From an uncultured Anaerolineales bacterium (GTDB lineage Bacteria > Chloroflexota > Anaerolineae > UBA7937 > B3-Chlor), in NCBI GenBank assembly GCA_964577995.1, contig CAZOBP010000002.1:15972-79971 (forward strand): a stretch of DNA of 64,000 nt. Direction: 5' to 3'. Position numbers and translations under genes: made by a program. Shown piece by piece: positions 30,506 to 39,598 of this stretch (position 1 is its first letter; each line of letters starts with the position of its first letter). The notes under the pieces are model-generated. The model had not been told where the DNA came from, did no database searches, and saw only the letters and a list, made by a program, of their open reading frames with translations.

Positions 30506-32629
30506 GTGACCGTTGAAGGCGAAGTCAGAATCGGCGTTTTCGTGTGCGAGTGCGGAGGGAAGATCTCGGATGCCGTTGACGTGGGGATGGTGGTAGAAGG
30601 CGCCGCGAAGATGCCCGGCGTAGTGCTGGCGCGGCGAGAACTCTATGGCTGCTCCAAGGCAGGACTCTGCGACATTGGGCAAGCGATAGAGGAACGGGGC
30701 CTGAATCGCGTGGTGATTGTCGGCTGCACACCTCGTACCCATGGGCCGCTGTTCGAGGGGGCCTTGAGCAAAGCAGGCTTGAGTGCCTCACTCTTTGAGA
30801 TGGTCAACGCCCGAGAGCAGTGCGCACTGGTGCACGCTGAGGATAAGGACGGGGCGAACAAGAAGGCCCTGGACTTGACACGAATGGGAGTGGCCAAGGC
30901 AGCGGTGCTAGAGCCTGTGCAGAAGGTGGAAGTCAACGTGGCACCGATGGCCTTAGTCATCGGCGGGGGAATAGCTGGCCTCACCGCGGCCACGACGGTG
31001 GCCGCGAGAGGGTTTCCCGTCAAACTGGTGGAGAAAGCACCGCAGTTGGGTGGTCAGGTCGCTCGACTGCATACTCTCTATCCATCCGGCGAGAGTGCCA
31101 AGGAGTTCATTGAGAAGAAGATCCGAGCTGCGAAGGAGCATGAGGATATCGAGGTGCTAGTTGGCGCCAGAGTGACAGACCTGTCAGGCCCGGCAGGTGA
31201 CTACAAGGTTACCGTGGCCCAGGACGGGAGGAATCTGGAGTTTCACGTGGGGGCGGTGATAGTGGCCACAGGGGCCCAAGAGGCTGAGCCTGGCGAGGGA
31301 TACGAGCACAGCAGTGTCCAAGTGATGACCCAGTCTGAGATGGAGCAGGCGTTGCAGCAGGGTGGTCCCCACGCCAAGCGTGCGGCGATAGTGGTGGTCG
31401 AGCCAAACCCCGAGCAGTACTCCTCAGTATCCGCCGCGGCAGCGCTGAAGAACTCCGCAGTGTTGAAGCGCAGAGATCCCGAAGCCACGGTTTCTCTGCT
31501 CTTCAACGATCTCTCTTCGGACCTCACTAGCACAATGATCGGGGAAGCGAGGGGCCTGGGCGTCCAGTTCTACAAATACGATGGAGATTTGCCTCCGCGC
31601 ATCACCGACCAGGGCGTGGAGGTCTTCGATCATTTGCGCGGAGGCCAAGCCACTATCCCCTGCGACCTGGTTGTGCTGGCTATGCCTTTGGTCCCACAGT
31701 CGGATGCCGCATCGGTTTCCAGAATGCTGGCCGTACCACTGGACGAGCGCGGCTTCCTGCTGGAACCCAGCATACGGCTGCGACCCGGGAGCTACATCCC
31801 CAGGGGCATCTTCGCATGTGGCAGCGCGCACTATCCGACGAATGCGCACGAGAGCATCTTCCAAGGCTATCGCGCAGGTGTGAGAGCCTTGAGCCATCTT
31901 TCGTCGGGCAGGCTCACCAGTCACGGGCCACGTCCCCGCGTGATTGACAGTCGCTGTGTGGGTTGCGGGACCTGTGTCGAGTCCTGCCCCTTCCATGCCA
32001 TTTCGATGCTCACCAGGGAAGGAACGCTGAGTGTGTCCCGGATCGATGTCTCGCTGTGCAACGGGTGCGGCAACTGCACGGTGGTATGTCCGGCCAAGGC
32101 CATCATCATGGAGACCTACGGAGACAGGGAGCTGATCGCTCAGATCAATGCAGCGTTGGCTGCTCGGAGGAACGGTGAGTCGCGGATACTCGCATTCCTC
32201 TGTGAGTGGAGCGGCTACGCGGCAGCCGACTTGGCCGGAGCCGAGGGCCGGCAGTATCCGTCCAACGTACGGATCATACGGGTCGGGTGTTCGGCACGTT
32301 TCGATCCCTATCTGGTTTTGTGGGCCTTCCTACAAGGTGCCGACGGCGTCCTATTGGGTGCATGCGATCCAGGCATGTGCCACTACATAGACGGAAACAG
32401 GTGGGCGGCAGAGCGGGTGGAGATGCTGGGCCGGATGCTCGAGCAAGCCGGCTTCGACTCCAGAAGACTGCATCTGGAGTGGTTCAAGCCCGATGATGCC
32501 CAGCAGTTTGTGAAAGTCGTGAGGGAATTCGCAGACGAGATAGAGTACCTGGGACCCATAGGCGAAGTTGACGCCGATCAGAGCCACTGGGCCACTGTGG
32601 GCGAGGAACTGCTGGTCTCTGAATCGTAG
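30506..32629 (+). CDS. HdrA-like FAD/Fe-S oxidoreductase fused to a C-terminal MvhD-like domain
   Basis: VFVCECGGKI...VIVGCTPRTH block, Rossmann VIGGGIAGLTAA..LVEK..LGG, CVGCGTCVESCP and CNGCGNCTVVCP. The C-terminus FLCEWSGYAAADLAG..RVGCSARFD..GACDPGMCHY is MvhD-like. Confidence 0.85.
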   Translation: MTVEGEVRIGVFVCECGGKISDAVDVGMVVEGAAKMPGVVLARRELYGCSKAGLCDIGQAIEERGLNRVVIVGCTPRTHGPLFEGALSKAGLSASLFEMVNAREQCALVHAEDKDGANKKALDLTRMGVAKAAVLEPVQKVEVNVAPMALVIGGGIAGLTAATTVAARGFPVKLVEKAPQLGGQVARLHTLYPSGESAKEFIEKKIRAAKEHEDIEVLVGARVTDLSGPAGDYKVTVAQDGRNLEFHVGAVIVATGAQEAEPGEGYEHSSVQVMTQSEMEQALQQGGPHAKRAAIVVVEPNPEQYSSVSAAAALKNSAVLKRRDPEATVSLLFNDLSSDLTSTMIGEARGLGVQFYKYDGDLPPRITDQGVEVFDHLRGGQATIPCDLVVLAMPLVPQSDAASVSRMLAVPLDERGFLLEPSIRLRPGSYIPRGIFACGSAHYPTNAHESIFQGYRAGVRALSHLSSGRLTSHGPRPRVIDSRCVGCGTCVESCPFHAISMLTREGTLSVSRIDVSLCNGCGNCTVVCPAKAIIMETYGDRELIAQINAALAARRNGESRILAFLCEWSGYAAADLAGAEGRQYPSNVRIIRVGCSARFDPYLVLWAFLQGADGVLLGACDPGMCHYIDGNRWAAERVEMLGRMLEQAGFDSRRLHLEWFKPDDAQQFVKVVREFADEIEYLGPIGEVDADQSHWATVGEELLVSES

Positions 32630-32662
32630 ATTCGAGGATGTAGGAGTTAGGGAGGACGCTTG

Positions 32663-33847
32663 ATGGTGAAGCGGATGGAATTGGAGGTTTGGGACCTGGA
32701 CAGATGTGCGGGCTGTGGCCTCTGCGTGGCCACGTGCTCCAAGGGCATGCTGCACTGGGATGGCGAGGCAAACCATCCGGTTAGAGAGGTAAGGCAGAAG
32801 AGGATCGGTCTCACAAACATCCCTCTCGATAGTTGCACTTTCTGCCAGGTGTTCTGTGAGGAGACGTGTCCCAGGCTTCATCAGTGGGAGGAGTTGCCAA
32901 CCCGTCGAGTGGTTTCGGCGAGGGCAGTGGGACCCGTCGAGAGCGGTGAGCCCATGGATGTGATCAAGGCACTCATGATCGGCAATCTGTCCGCCGGTGC
33001 AATAGATGGCGTGATCGCGAACGATATCAATGATTGGACCCTCCAACCGCGCGCAGAGGTGAAAACCACCGTCGAGGCGATGGCGGACAGCCTTGGGTTG
33101 CAGGGACTTTGGGTGCCCACCTTGGACAGACTCAACGAGGCGGTGTACGAGCGAAGACTGAGCAACATCGCAGTCGTCGGCCCCCCATGTTCTGCTGAGG
33201 CCATCAGAACGCTAAGAGCTTCGGGCAATGAGCGGCTGGCCCCATACAAGGACGCGCTGCGCTTGAGCGTTGCCTTGTTCTGTACGGGCGTTTACTACCC
33301 TGGCCAGGTGCGGGAGTTCCTCGAGGAGTCGATGGGCATAGTGGGCCGAGACGTGAAGCAGATCCACAGTTCGCCGCGCGAGAAGGAGCTGAGGGTCGTG
33401 CTGTGGGACGGTTCAACCATCACGGTTCCTCTGGCCAAGATAGAAGCCTATACACGACCGGGCTGCGCCACTTGCGGCGATTTCCTGGGAGAATCCGCAG
33501 ACATCTCTGTGGGTAAGGTGGGTGCGAAGGCAGGCTACTGTACACTGATCACCAGAAGCGCAACTGGCGATGATTGCCTACAAAACGCCGTCGATCTGGG
33601 ACTACTGGAGACTGTGGATGAGGTGGACGAGAAAGCGTTGCTTGCAGCAAAGGAGGACAAGGAGCGCAGGGAAAGGGCCCAGGCCTTCGATGACTTGATG
33701 CTGATGATGCTGGACGCTCTGAGAGAGCCTCAGAAGCGAGCTGAGGTGAGGCAAGAGTTCGTGAGGTTGTACGAGGTAGAGAGTGTACCTGAATCACTGC
33801 AGGAGGGAACGAGCCATGGCGCATGCGGCGAGTGTGCTGGATGCTAA
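32663..33847 (+). CDS. FrhB/FdhB-family (F420-hydrogenase/dehydrogenase beta-like) Fe-S flavoprotein
   Basis: CAGCGLCVATC and CTFCQVFCEETCP, then VVGPPCSAEAIRTL, ALFCTG and GCATCGDF..ADISVG. Confidence 0.8.
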   Translation: MVKRMELEVWDLDRCAGCGLCVATCSKGMLHWDGEANHPVREVRQKRIGLTNIPLDSCTFCQVFCEETCPRLHQWEELPTRRVVSARAVGPVESGEPMDVIKALMIGNLSAGAIDGVIANDINDWTLQPRAEVKTTVEAMADSLGLQGLWVPTLDRLNEAVYERRLSNIAVVGPPCSAEAIRTLRASGNERLAPYKDALRLSVALFCTGVYYPGQVREFLEESMGIVGRDVKQIHSSPREKELRVVLWDGSTITVPLAKIEAYTRPGCATCGDFLGESADISVGKVGAKAGYCTLITRSATGDDCLQNAVDLGLLETVDEVDEKALLAAKEDKERRERAQAFDDLMLMMLDALREPQKRAEVRQEFVRLYEVESVPESLQEGTSHGACGECAGC

Positions 33848-34481
33848 GGGAAAGGACTTGAGGGCGGCGAGTACAGAGCTCAAGTCTCTGCTCGCCAAGG
33901 AGCCGGTAGTTGTGAAGAACGCTTCCCATTTACACGGACTGTGTGGGGGACTCAAGCGCGGCGAGATAACCATAGACGGAGATGGGGGAGACTATCTGGG
34001 TGTGGTGAACAGTGGGGCCTTGATCAAGGTCACTGGCAATGCAGGCAAGTACGTCGCGGACAACATGACCTCGGGAAAAGTGATCGTAGAGGGAGATGCC
34101 GACTACGGCGCAGGTCAGTACTGCTATGGCGGCGAGGTGGTGGTCAAGGGTAACGCTGGCGATTTCACGGCCACGATGAACAAGGGTGCCACGATCGTGA
34201 TCGGCGGCGACGTGGGAGACGAAACCGCCACCTACATGGTCGGTGGCGATGTGGTCATCGTCGGCGACGCCGGAGAGAACCTGGGCAATTATCTCATCAG
34301 GGGCAACGTCTACATCGGGGGCGATTGGGACAGTCTGGGCCACAACTGCGCTGTTAGCGAAGTGGGTGTTGAGGACATCCAGAGATTGGAGTCTCTGTTA
34401 AGGGAGCACGGCGTCATTGTGAATGCCAAGACGTTCCGCAAGATCGTGCCCTTGTCGGACAAACCGTTCTACTCTCACTAG
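33816..34481 (+). CDS. GXGXG beta-helix protein (glutamate synthase alpha-subunit C-terminal domain / FwdC-like)
   Basis: Serial VTGNAGKYV, VEGDADYG, VKGNAGDF, IGGDVGDE and IVGDAGEN. ATG 33816 follows AGGAGGGA and overlaps the upstream gene by 32 nt. Confidence 0.8.
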   Translation: MAHAASVLDAKGKDLRAASTELKSLLAKEPVVVKNASHLHGLCGGLKRGEITIDGDGGDYLGVVNSGALIKVTGNAGKYVADNMTSGKVIVEGDADYGAGQYCYGGEVVVKGNAGDFTATMNKGATIVIGGDVGDETATYMVGGDVVIVGDAGENLGNYLIRGNVYIGGDWDSLGHNCAVSEVGVEDIQRLESLLREHGVIVNAKTFRKIVPLSDKPFYSH

Positions 34482-34492
34482 GAGGATTTCTG

Positions 34493-36037
34493 ATGTCGAC
34501 TGTCGGTGCCTTTTGCGTCACGCTGAACAAAGATCAGTGCATAAACGCTCGGATGCCTGGCAAGTGCGCAACGTGCGTGGAGATATGCCCGTATGGTGTC
34601 TATGGCCTCAATGGAAGCAACGAAGTAGTCGTACAGAACTACAACGCCTGTGTGGGTTGCCGCCTCTGCGCAGAGTTCTGCCCAGAGAACGCGATTCGCA
34701 TCAACCCGGCCGAGTCCGAGTTGGTTTCGCGATTTCCTTGGACCCTCGGGACTATCGAGGAGATCCACCACAAGGCCCTGACGGGCGGCTACGCGTTGAG
34801 GGGCTTCGGCACCATGGGGCCCACGCCGCATTTTGACACCATCGTGGTTGTGCCCTCGCAGCTAGCCTCTGCCTCGCCGAGAGACAAGTACCGCGAGGAG
34901 TGCAATATGGAGGTGGTGATCGGCGAAGACACGTGCGAGAAGCCGATCAGGTTGCAGTACCCGTTCATCTTTCCGGCCATGTCGTACGGTGCCCTGTCCA
35001 GGGAGGCGAAGCTCGCATTGGCTATCGCAGCAGCGAAGACGGGCATCTTGACCAACACCGGTGAGGGAGGCGTGGTCGAAGAAGAGCCCTACTACGCCAA
35101 TGGCTATGAGAAACCCAGCAGGAAGAAGAAGCGGTGGGAGCCTGGAGGCTACCTGGCTATCCAGTGGTCTACCGGACGATGGGGTGTCTCGGCCGACTAC
35201 GTCGATGCCGGGGACGCCGTGGAGGTCAAGATAGGTCAGGGTGCCAAACCCGGGATGGGTGGTCACCTGCTGGGCGATAAAGTCACAGAGGACATCGCGA
35301 GAATCCGCGGCATTCCTGTAGGTAGTGACGCATTGTCGCCGTGCAGGTACTACGATGTCACCGAGCCTGGTGATATCAAGAAGCAGGTGGGTTTTCTGAG
35401 GGACATCAGCAACTACGAGAAGCCGATCTTGATGAAGCTCGGTCCCAGCAGGCCGTATGACGACGTCAAGGCGGCGGCGCTGGCTGGGGTAGATGCCATC
35501 TCCATCGATGGGCTCGTCGGCGGGACCGGGTGTTCGCCCGAGGTCGTCACCCAGGGAGTGGGCATACCGACCATCGCCCTGATCGGCCCGGCGGTGAGGG
35601 CTCTCAAGGACCTGGGTCTCCATCGGAAGGTCAAGCTCTTCGCGCTGGGTGGAATGAGGAATGGGCTCGATGCCTACAAGGCGATGGCCATGGGCGCGGA
35701 TGGTGTAGGGTTTGGATCCGCTGCTGAGATAGCGATGGGGTGCCGAGGCTGCATGGCCTGTCACCAGGGCAACTGCCCGTATGGCATAACCTCGCAGAAC
35801 CCCAAGATGAGAGAGCGTCTCGATCCTGAGGAGATAGGTCAGCGTTTGGCGAACTTCATCAACGCATCGGCGGAAGAGGTGAAGATCTTGACCATGTTGT
35901 CGGGCCATTCGGATGTCAAAGAGCTGAGCGAAGAAGATCTGCGCGCCTTGGATGTGGACACAGCGGCGATAACTGGCTTGAAGTTGGTTGGTTATGAGAG
36001 GCCTCTGCCCTGGTGGGAGAACGGCCGTGGGAACTAG
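34493..36037 (+). CDS. Ferredoxin-domain + glutamate-synthase central (FMN) domain protein (archaeal-type GltB domain 2-like)
   Basis: CATCVEICP and CVGCRLCAEFCP, then TGEGG, KIGQGAKPGMGGHL, IDGLVGGTG and LGGMRNG. Confidence 0.85.
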   Translation: MSTVGAFCVTLNKDQCINARMPGKCATCVEICPYGVYGLNGSNEVVVQNYNACVGCRLCAEFCPENAIRINPAESELVSRFPWTLGTIEEIHHKALTGGYALRGFGTMGPTPHFDTIVVVPSQLASASPRDKYREECNMEVVIGEDTCEKPIRLQYPFIFPAMSYGALSREAKLALAIAAAKTGILTNTGEGGVVEEEPYYANGYEKPSRKKKRWEPGGYLAIQWSTGRWGVSADYVDAGDAVEVKIGQGAKPGMGGHLLGDKVTEDIARIRGIPVGSDALSPCRYYDVTEPGDIKKQVGFLRDISNYEKPILMKLGPSRPYDDVKAAALAGVDAISIDGLVGGTGCSPEVVTQGVGIPTIALIGPAVRALKDLGLHRKVKLFALGGMRNGLDAYKAMAMGADGVGFGSAAEIAMGCRGCMACHQGNCPYGITSQNPKMRERLDPEEIGQRLANFINASAEEVKILTMLSGHSDVKELSEEDLRALDVDTAAITGLKLVGYERPLPWWENGRGN

Positions 36038-36213
36038 CCCGGTGGCACCGCGTCTGGAAGCTTCGGGCCAGCGCCGGACTGATCGCCGGCGGTTGAGCAT
36101 GGTGGAGGGCAGGCGGGCTGGCAAAGTGGTGATTCGTGAGAGAACAGCAGACAAGGGAGGGCGAAATGAGGGCGGTTGGTGTGGGGGTAGGCACGATGCA
36201 TGAAGGAGGTAAC

Positions 36214-36744
36214 ATGGGTACAGTCACGATTGATGGCACTGCCATCCAAGACATGGTGCAGAGTGCGCTGGCGTTCTCCGCTCAGAAGGCGGTCTTACCA
36301 GCCGTGGATGAGGTGCGGCAGGCTGTCGCAGGTGGCGACTGCATCGTGTGTGGGTACCTTAGGTATGCACTGTCCAAGGAGATAGGTGAATACCTTGGTA
36401 CGATAGACACATCGGTGCAAGCCGTCTATGCTTACGAGCCTGAGTACGCTGCAGGTGCGCTTCACATTGACTCTGCTCGGCCAGCGATGGACGCCGGCAT
36501 CAACCTCATCGTCTCCGTGGACCGGAAGAACGCTGCACTCAGCTCCATTGTCGCGTCCCTGGAGGACGCAGTCAAGGAAGGGGTGAAGTCCCTGCTTTGC
36601 TCGAACGCCAATGGGTCTTGCTACGCCTTCGACGTCAGGGTGGTTGATGGCGAAGAAGTGGCTTCGAGGCATGGCTACGGGGCGCTCGTCTCGTCGATCT
36701 ACGCAGCCCCTGTCAAGCTTTGGGCCAGGGGTGACGGAGCCTAG
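36214..36744 (+). CDS. Hypothetical protein (176 aa)
   Basis: ATG 36214 follows GAAGGAGG. I recognise no motif. It is followed by a strong hairpin. Confidence 0.5.
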   Translation: MGTVTIDGTAIQDMVQSALAFSAQKAVLPAVDEVRQAVAGGDCIVCGYLRYALSKEIGEYLGTIDTSVQAVYAYEPEYAAGALHIDSARPAMDAGINLIVSVDRKNAALSSIVASLEDAVKEGVKSLLCSNANGSCYAFDVRVVDGEEVASRHGYGALVSSIYAAPVKLWARGDGA

Positions 36745-36828
36745 GTCAGCGTGACTGTTGGGTAGCGGAGACGACTATCCCGTAGGCACTGCGAAGTTGC
36801 GTGGTGACATTCTTCCTTCTCCTTACAT

Positions 36829-36862
36829 ACCCGCAGCACGGGGGGAACCTCGTGCTGCGGGT
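36829..36862. terminator. 12-bp perfect hairpin between convergent genes
   Basis: ACCCGCAGCACG-GGGGGAACCT-CGTGCTGCGGGT. There is no clear U-tract, so terminator function is inferred from position. Confidence 0.5.
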
Positions 36863-37027
36863 GCATTAGGCCTCGGATAGGACGGAGTGGGGTGTCCTCG
36901 TTAGCCCATTGGTGTCCGTCGGCGCTGCGACTACCGGGGAGCCATGCATAGGTGAGCTGTGTGGCACCATGGGGCTACCGCGTGGACTACACCGATCCGC
37001 TCTGCGGGGGAGCCGAGCGGCAGGGGC

Positions 37028-37828
37028 TTAGAAGGCCTCCAGCGTTCCCCTGCGCTTGGCCGTCATCTCGAACCAACCGAAGAGCAGATAGCCGATGAGG
37101 ACGTACACCGCGCCGATGAGTAGCTCCCCCGACAGGAGGGGTGCCACCTCAGCGAGGCTGGAACCAGCGATGACCAGGCGCGCTGCTTGGATGCCTCTAG
37201 TCAGAGGAAGCAGATGGGCGGCGTTCTGGACCCACACGGGGAAGTTGGTCAGTGGTACATTGGCTCCGCTGAACACCAGCAAGAGGAAGTAGATAGTGTT
37301 ATTGATGAACATCACATTGACAGTGAGAAGGCTCATGCAGCCCATCAGCAAGCCAAGCCCACACGTACTGACCGTGGTGATGAAGACGGTCAGGGCCAGG
37401 GCCAGCAGATCAGCCCTCGAGTAGTCGACACCGATCAGTAGGCCTGCCCAGACCAGCCCCATGACCACGCCCAGCATCCCATCCAGAATGTGAACTAGGG
37501 CCCTCCCCAGGAAGGTGAGGAGCCGGTTGGCAGGGCTGCCAAACAGGTAGATCAGAGTCCCCTCGTTTCTCTCTCCGCCGATGCTCATGGTGACCCCATA
37601 GATGCCACTCATGGCGGTCAGTTGTATGGCGTTGCCGATGGCATAGAAGCTGGCGCTGTCGCGACCTGTGGCAAAGGTACCCAGCAGAGTGAAGAAGAGT
37701 ATCTGGTTGAGCGGCACGATGATCTTGGTGGCGATGTACGGCTCCAACCTGAACCACCGGAAAAGGGCCTTGTAGGAGAGGACCGCCCCGCCAAGGAATA
37801 TACGAAGGGAGTTCGTGAGTTTCTTCAT
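37028..37828 (-). CDS. ABC-2 type transporter permease
   Basis: 266 aa with about 6 TM helices. It is the last gene of an ATPase-permease-permease string. Confidence 0.8.
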   Translation of the reverse strand: MKKLTNSLRIFLGGAVLSYKALFRWFRLEPYIATKIIVPLNQILFFTLLGTFATGRDSASFYAIGNAIQLTAMSGIYGVTMSIGGERNEGTLIYLFGSPANRLLTFLGRALVHILDGMLGVVMGLVWAGLLIGVDYSRADLLALALTVFITTVSTCGLGLLMGCMSLLTVNVMFINNTIYFLLLVFSGANVPLTNFPVWVQNAAHLLPLTRGIQAARLVIAGSSLAEVAPLLSGELLIGAVYVLIGYLLFGWFEMTAKRRGTLEAF

Positions 37829-37841
37829 CTCCGTATGTTTC

Positions 37842-38624
37842 TCACATCAAGCTCAGTGTGGCTTCCACTCGCGCGCGACGGAGCACGATTCCAAACAGGC
37901 GGTAGGACGCTGCTATGTAGAACGCCCCTAGAAGAAGCATCATGGACCAACTCAGCAGGATCTCCGCAGGAGTGGCGGTGCCGTTGCTTGCGGCATGTAA
38001 CACTCTTGCAGCCCAATAGGGCGCCAGCAGATAGCTGAAGGGGTTGCTCCAGCCGGGCAACAGCAGAATAGGGAACAGAAAGCCACCGAGGATGTACATG
38101 GGATACTCCAGGGCGTTCACCCAGCCGGTCAGGGACAGGTTCACCGCCATCAGCGGCGAGATCAGCAGGCCAAAGGATATGAAGGCCAAGATCGTCACCA
38201 GCAGGGAGGCGACAAACACCGCTGGCTGGGCGATGCTCAAAGGAAAACGGAAGACTGCGGATGCCAGCCCGTAGCTGAAGATCATAGACAGCAGGGATAG
38301 GGAAACGCTGGCCAGCGTCTTACCCAAAACCACGGAGGCGAGAGATGTGGGACTGGCCACTATCCCCTCCAGCGTGCCCATGAAGCGCTCAGCGTTGATG
38401 CTGAAGGTGCCACGGAACAGCAGACTGGTCCACAGTCCCGTCATACCACTGCCTACAACGACATAGATGCCGCGCGACGCGTCACGCTCCTGGAGCATGT
38501 AGATGGCCATGATCGCGATGAGCAAAGGCTGGATCAAGATCCCGAAGATCATGAACAGGTCGACGGCTTGTTGTTTGATGTCCAGCTCGAAAGTGGTGCG
38601 AATGACGCGCAGGTTGGCGATCAT
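37842..38624 (-). CDS. ABC-2 type transporter permease
   Basis: 260 aa, multi-TM. The start overlaps the ATPase stop by 4 nt. Confidence 0.8.
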   Translation of the reverse strand: MIANLRVIRTTFELDIKQQAVDLFMIFGILIQPLLIAIMAIYMLQERDASRGIYVVVGSGMTGLWTSLLFRGTFSINAERFMGTLEGIVASPTSLASVVLGKTLASVSLSLLSMIFSYGLASAVFRFPLSIAQPAVFVASLLVTILAFISFGLLISPLMAVNLSLTGWVNALEYPMYILGGFLFPILLLPGWSNPFSYLLAPYWAARVLHAASNGTATPAEILLSWSMMLLLGAFYIAASYRLFGIVLRRARVEATLSLM

Positions 38625-39598
38625 GCCTCTCCCCTCACGAGACGTACGTAGGCGTCTTCGAGCGTCGGTTCTCGTACTGTCACCCTGCCTATCGTGACGC
38701 CATTGCCATCCAGTCGCTGCATGATCTGGGGCACAATCGCTGAGCCCAGGTGGGAGTGCACCCGTAGCGCCTGCTTCTGATCGCGGTTCTCCACGGAGAC
38801 GGTATCGACCTCAGGTATCTGGCGCAGCAAGTCGACCATCTCGGGCGCGATGCCGAAGACCTCCAGTTCGATGACGGAGAGGTCTTCTACGTGCCGCTTC
38901 AGCCCTTCAGGCGTGTCCAGAGCGACGATCTTGCCGCGGTTGATGACCGCTACTCTCTCGCAGAGGGCATCTGCCTCGAACATGTAGTGCGTGGTCAGGA
39001 AGACCGTCTTGTCTTGAGCCACCAGGTTGTTGATGACCTGTCTCAGCTCGCGAGCCCCTACGGGGTCCAGGCCCATGGTAGGCTCGTCGAGGAACAGTAC
39101 CTGCGGGTCGTGGAGCAAGCAGCGTGCGACGTGCAAGCGCTGCCTCATGCCCCGCGAATAGCCCTCTACCTTCTCGTCCTCACGCCCAGAGAGACCGACG
39201 AGTTCGATCAGTTCCGGCAGACGTTGCTTGGCGACGTCAGGGTCCACGTGGTAGAGATCGGCGAAGTAGCGCAAGTTGTCTTTGGCAGAAAGGCGCCAGT
39301 ACAAGCCTCGTTCCCCGCCGAAGATGAAGCCGATACGGGACCTGATGGCGTCTGCGTCACTGACAACATCGTGCCCCAGTATAGTGGCCGATCCACTTGT
39401 GGGGATGAGCAGCGTGGTGAGCATCTTGACGGTGGTGGTCTTGCCGGCGCCATTCGGTCCCAGCAGCCCAAAGAGCTCGCCATCCCGGACATTAAAAGAG
39501 ATGCCGTCTACCGCCACCACCTCCCTGGTCTTTCGGCGGATGGTGCCGATGGTCGCTCGGAACACCCGATGCAAGTCACGTACTTCTATTGCGTTCAT
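38621..39598 (-). CDS. ABC transporter ATP-binding protein (DrrA-like)
   Basis: Walker A GPNGAGKTT, signature YSRGMRQRL, Walker B LFLDEPT. Confidence 0.9.
   Translation of the reverse strand: MNAIEVRDLHRVFRATIGTIRRKTREVVAVDGISFNVRDGELFGLLGPNGAGKTTTVKMLTTLLIPTSGSATILGHDVVSDADAIRSRIGFIFGGERGLYWRLSAKDNLRYFADLYHVDPDVAKQRLPELIELVGLSGREDEKVEGYSRGMRQRLHVARCLLHDPQVLFLDEPTMGLDPVGARELRQVINNLVAQDKTVFLTTHYMFEADALCERVAVINRGKIVALDTPEGLKRHVEDLSVIELEVFGIAPEMVDLLRQIPEVDTVSVENRDQKQALRVHSHLGSAIVPQIMQRLDGNGVTIGRVTVREPTLEDAYVRLVRGEA

Noticed and set aside
30467-30508. The Fe-S protein (29786..30469) and hdrA (30506..) share a frame, separated by TGA plus 11 codons. Given selB, this could be a Sec readthrough fusion.
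   Set aside because: A GAAGGAG RBS sits 8 nt before the hdrA GTG. The 11 intervening codons have no domain-like character, and I see no SECIS-like hairpin just 3' of the TGA. An ordinary gene boundary is more likely.
34862-36154. 430-aa ORF antisense to the GltB-domain-2-like gene.
   Set aside because: This is a typical long antisense ORF of a high-GC gene. It is Arg/Pro/Gly-rich with no recognisable motifs, and the plus-strand frame has clear family motifs.
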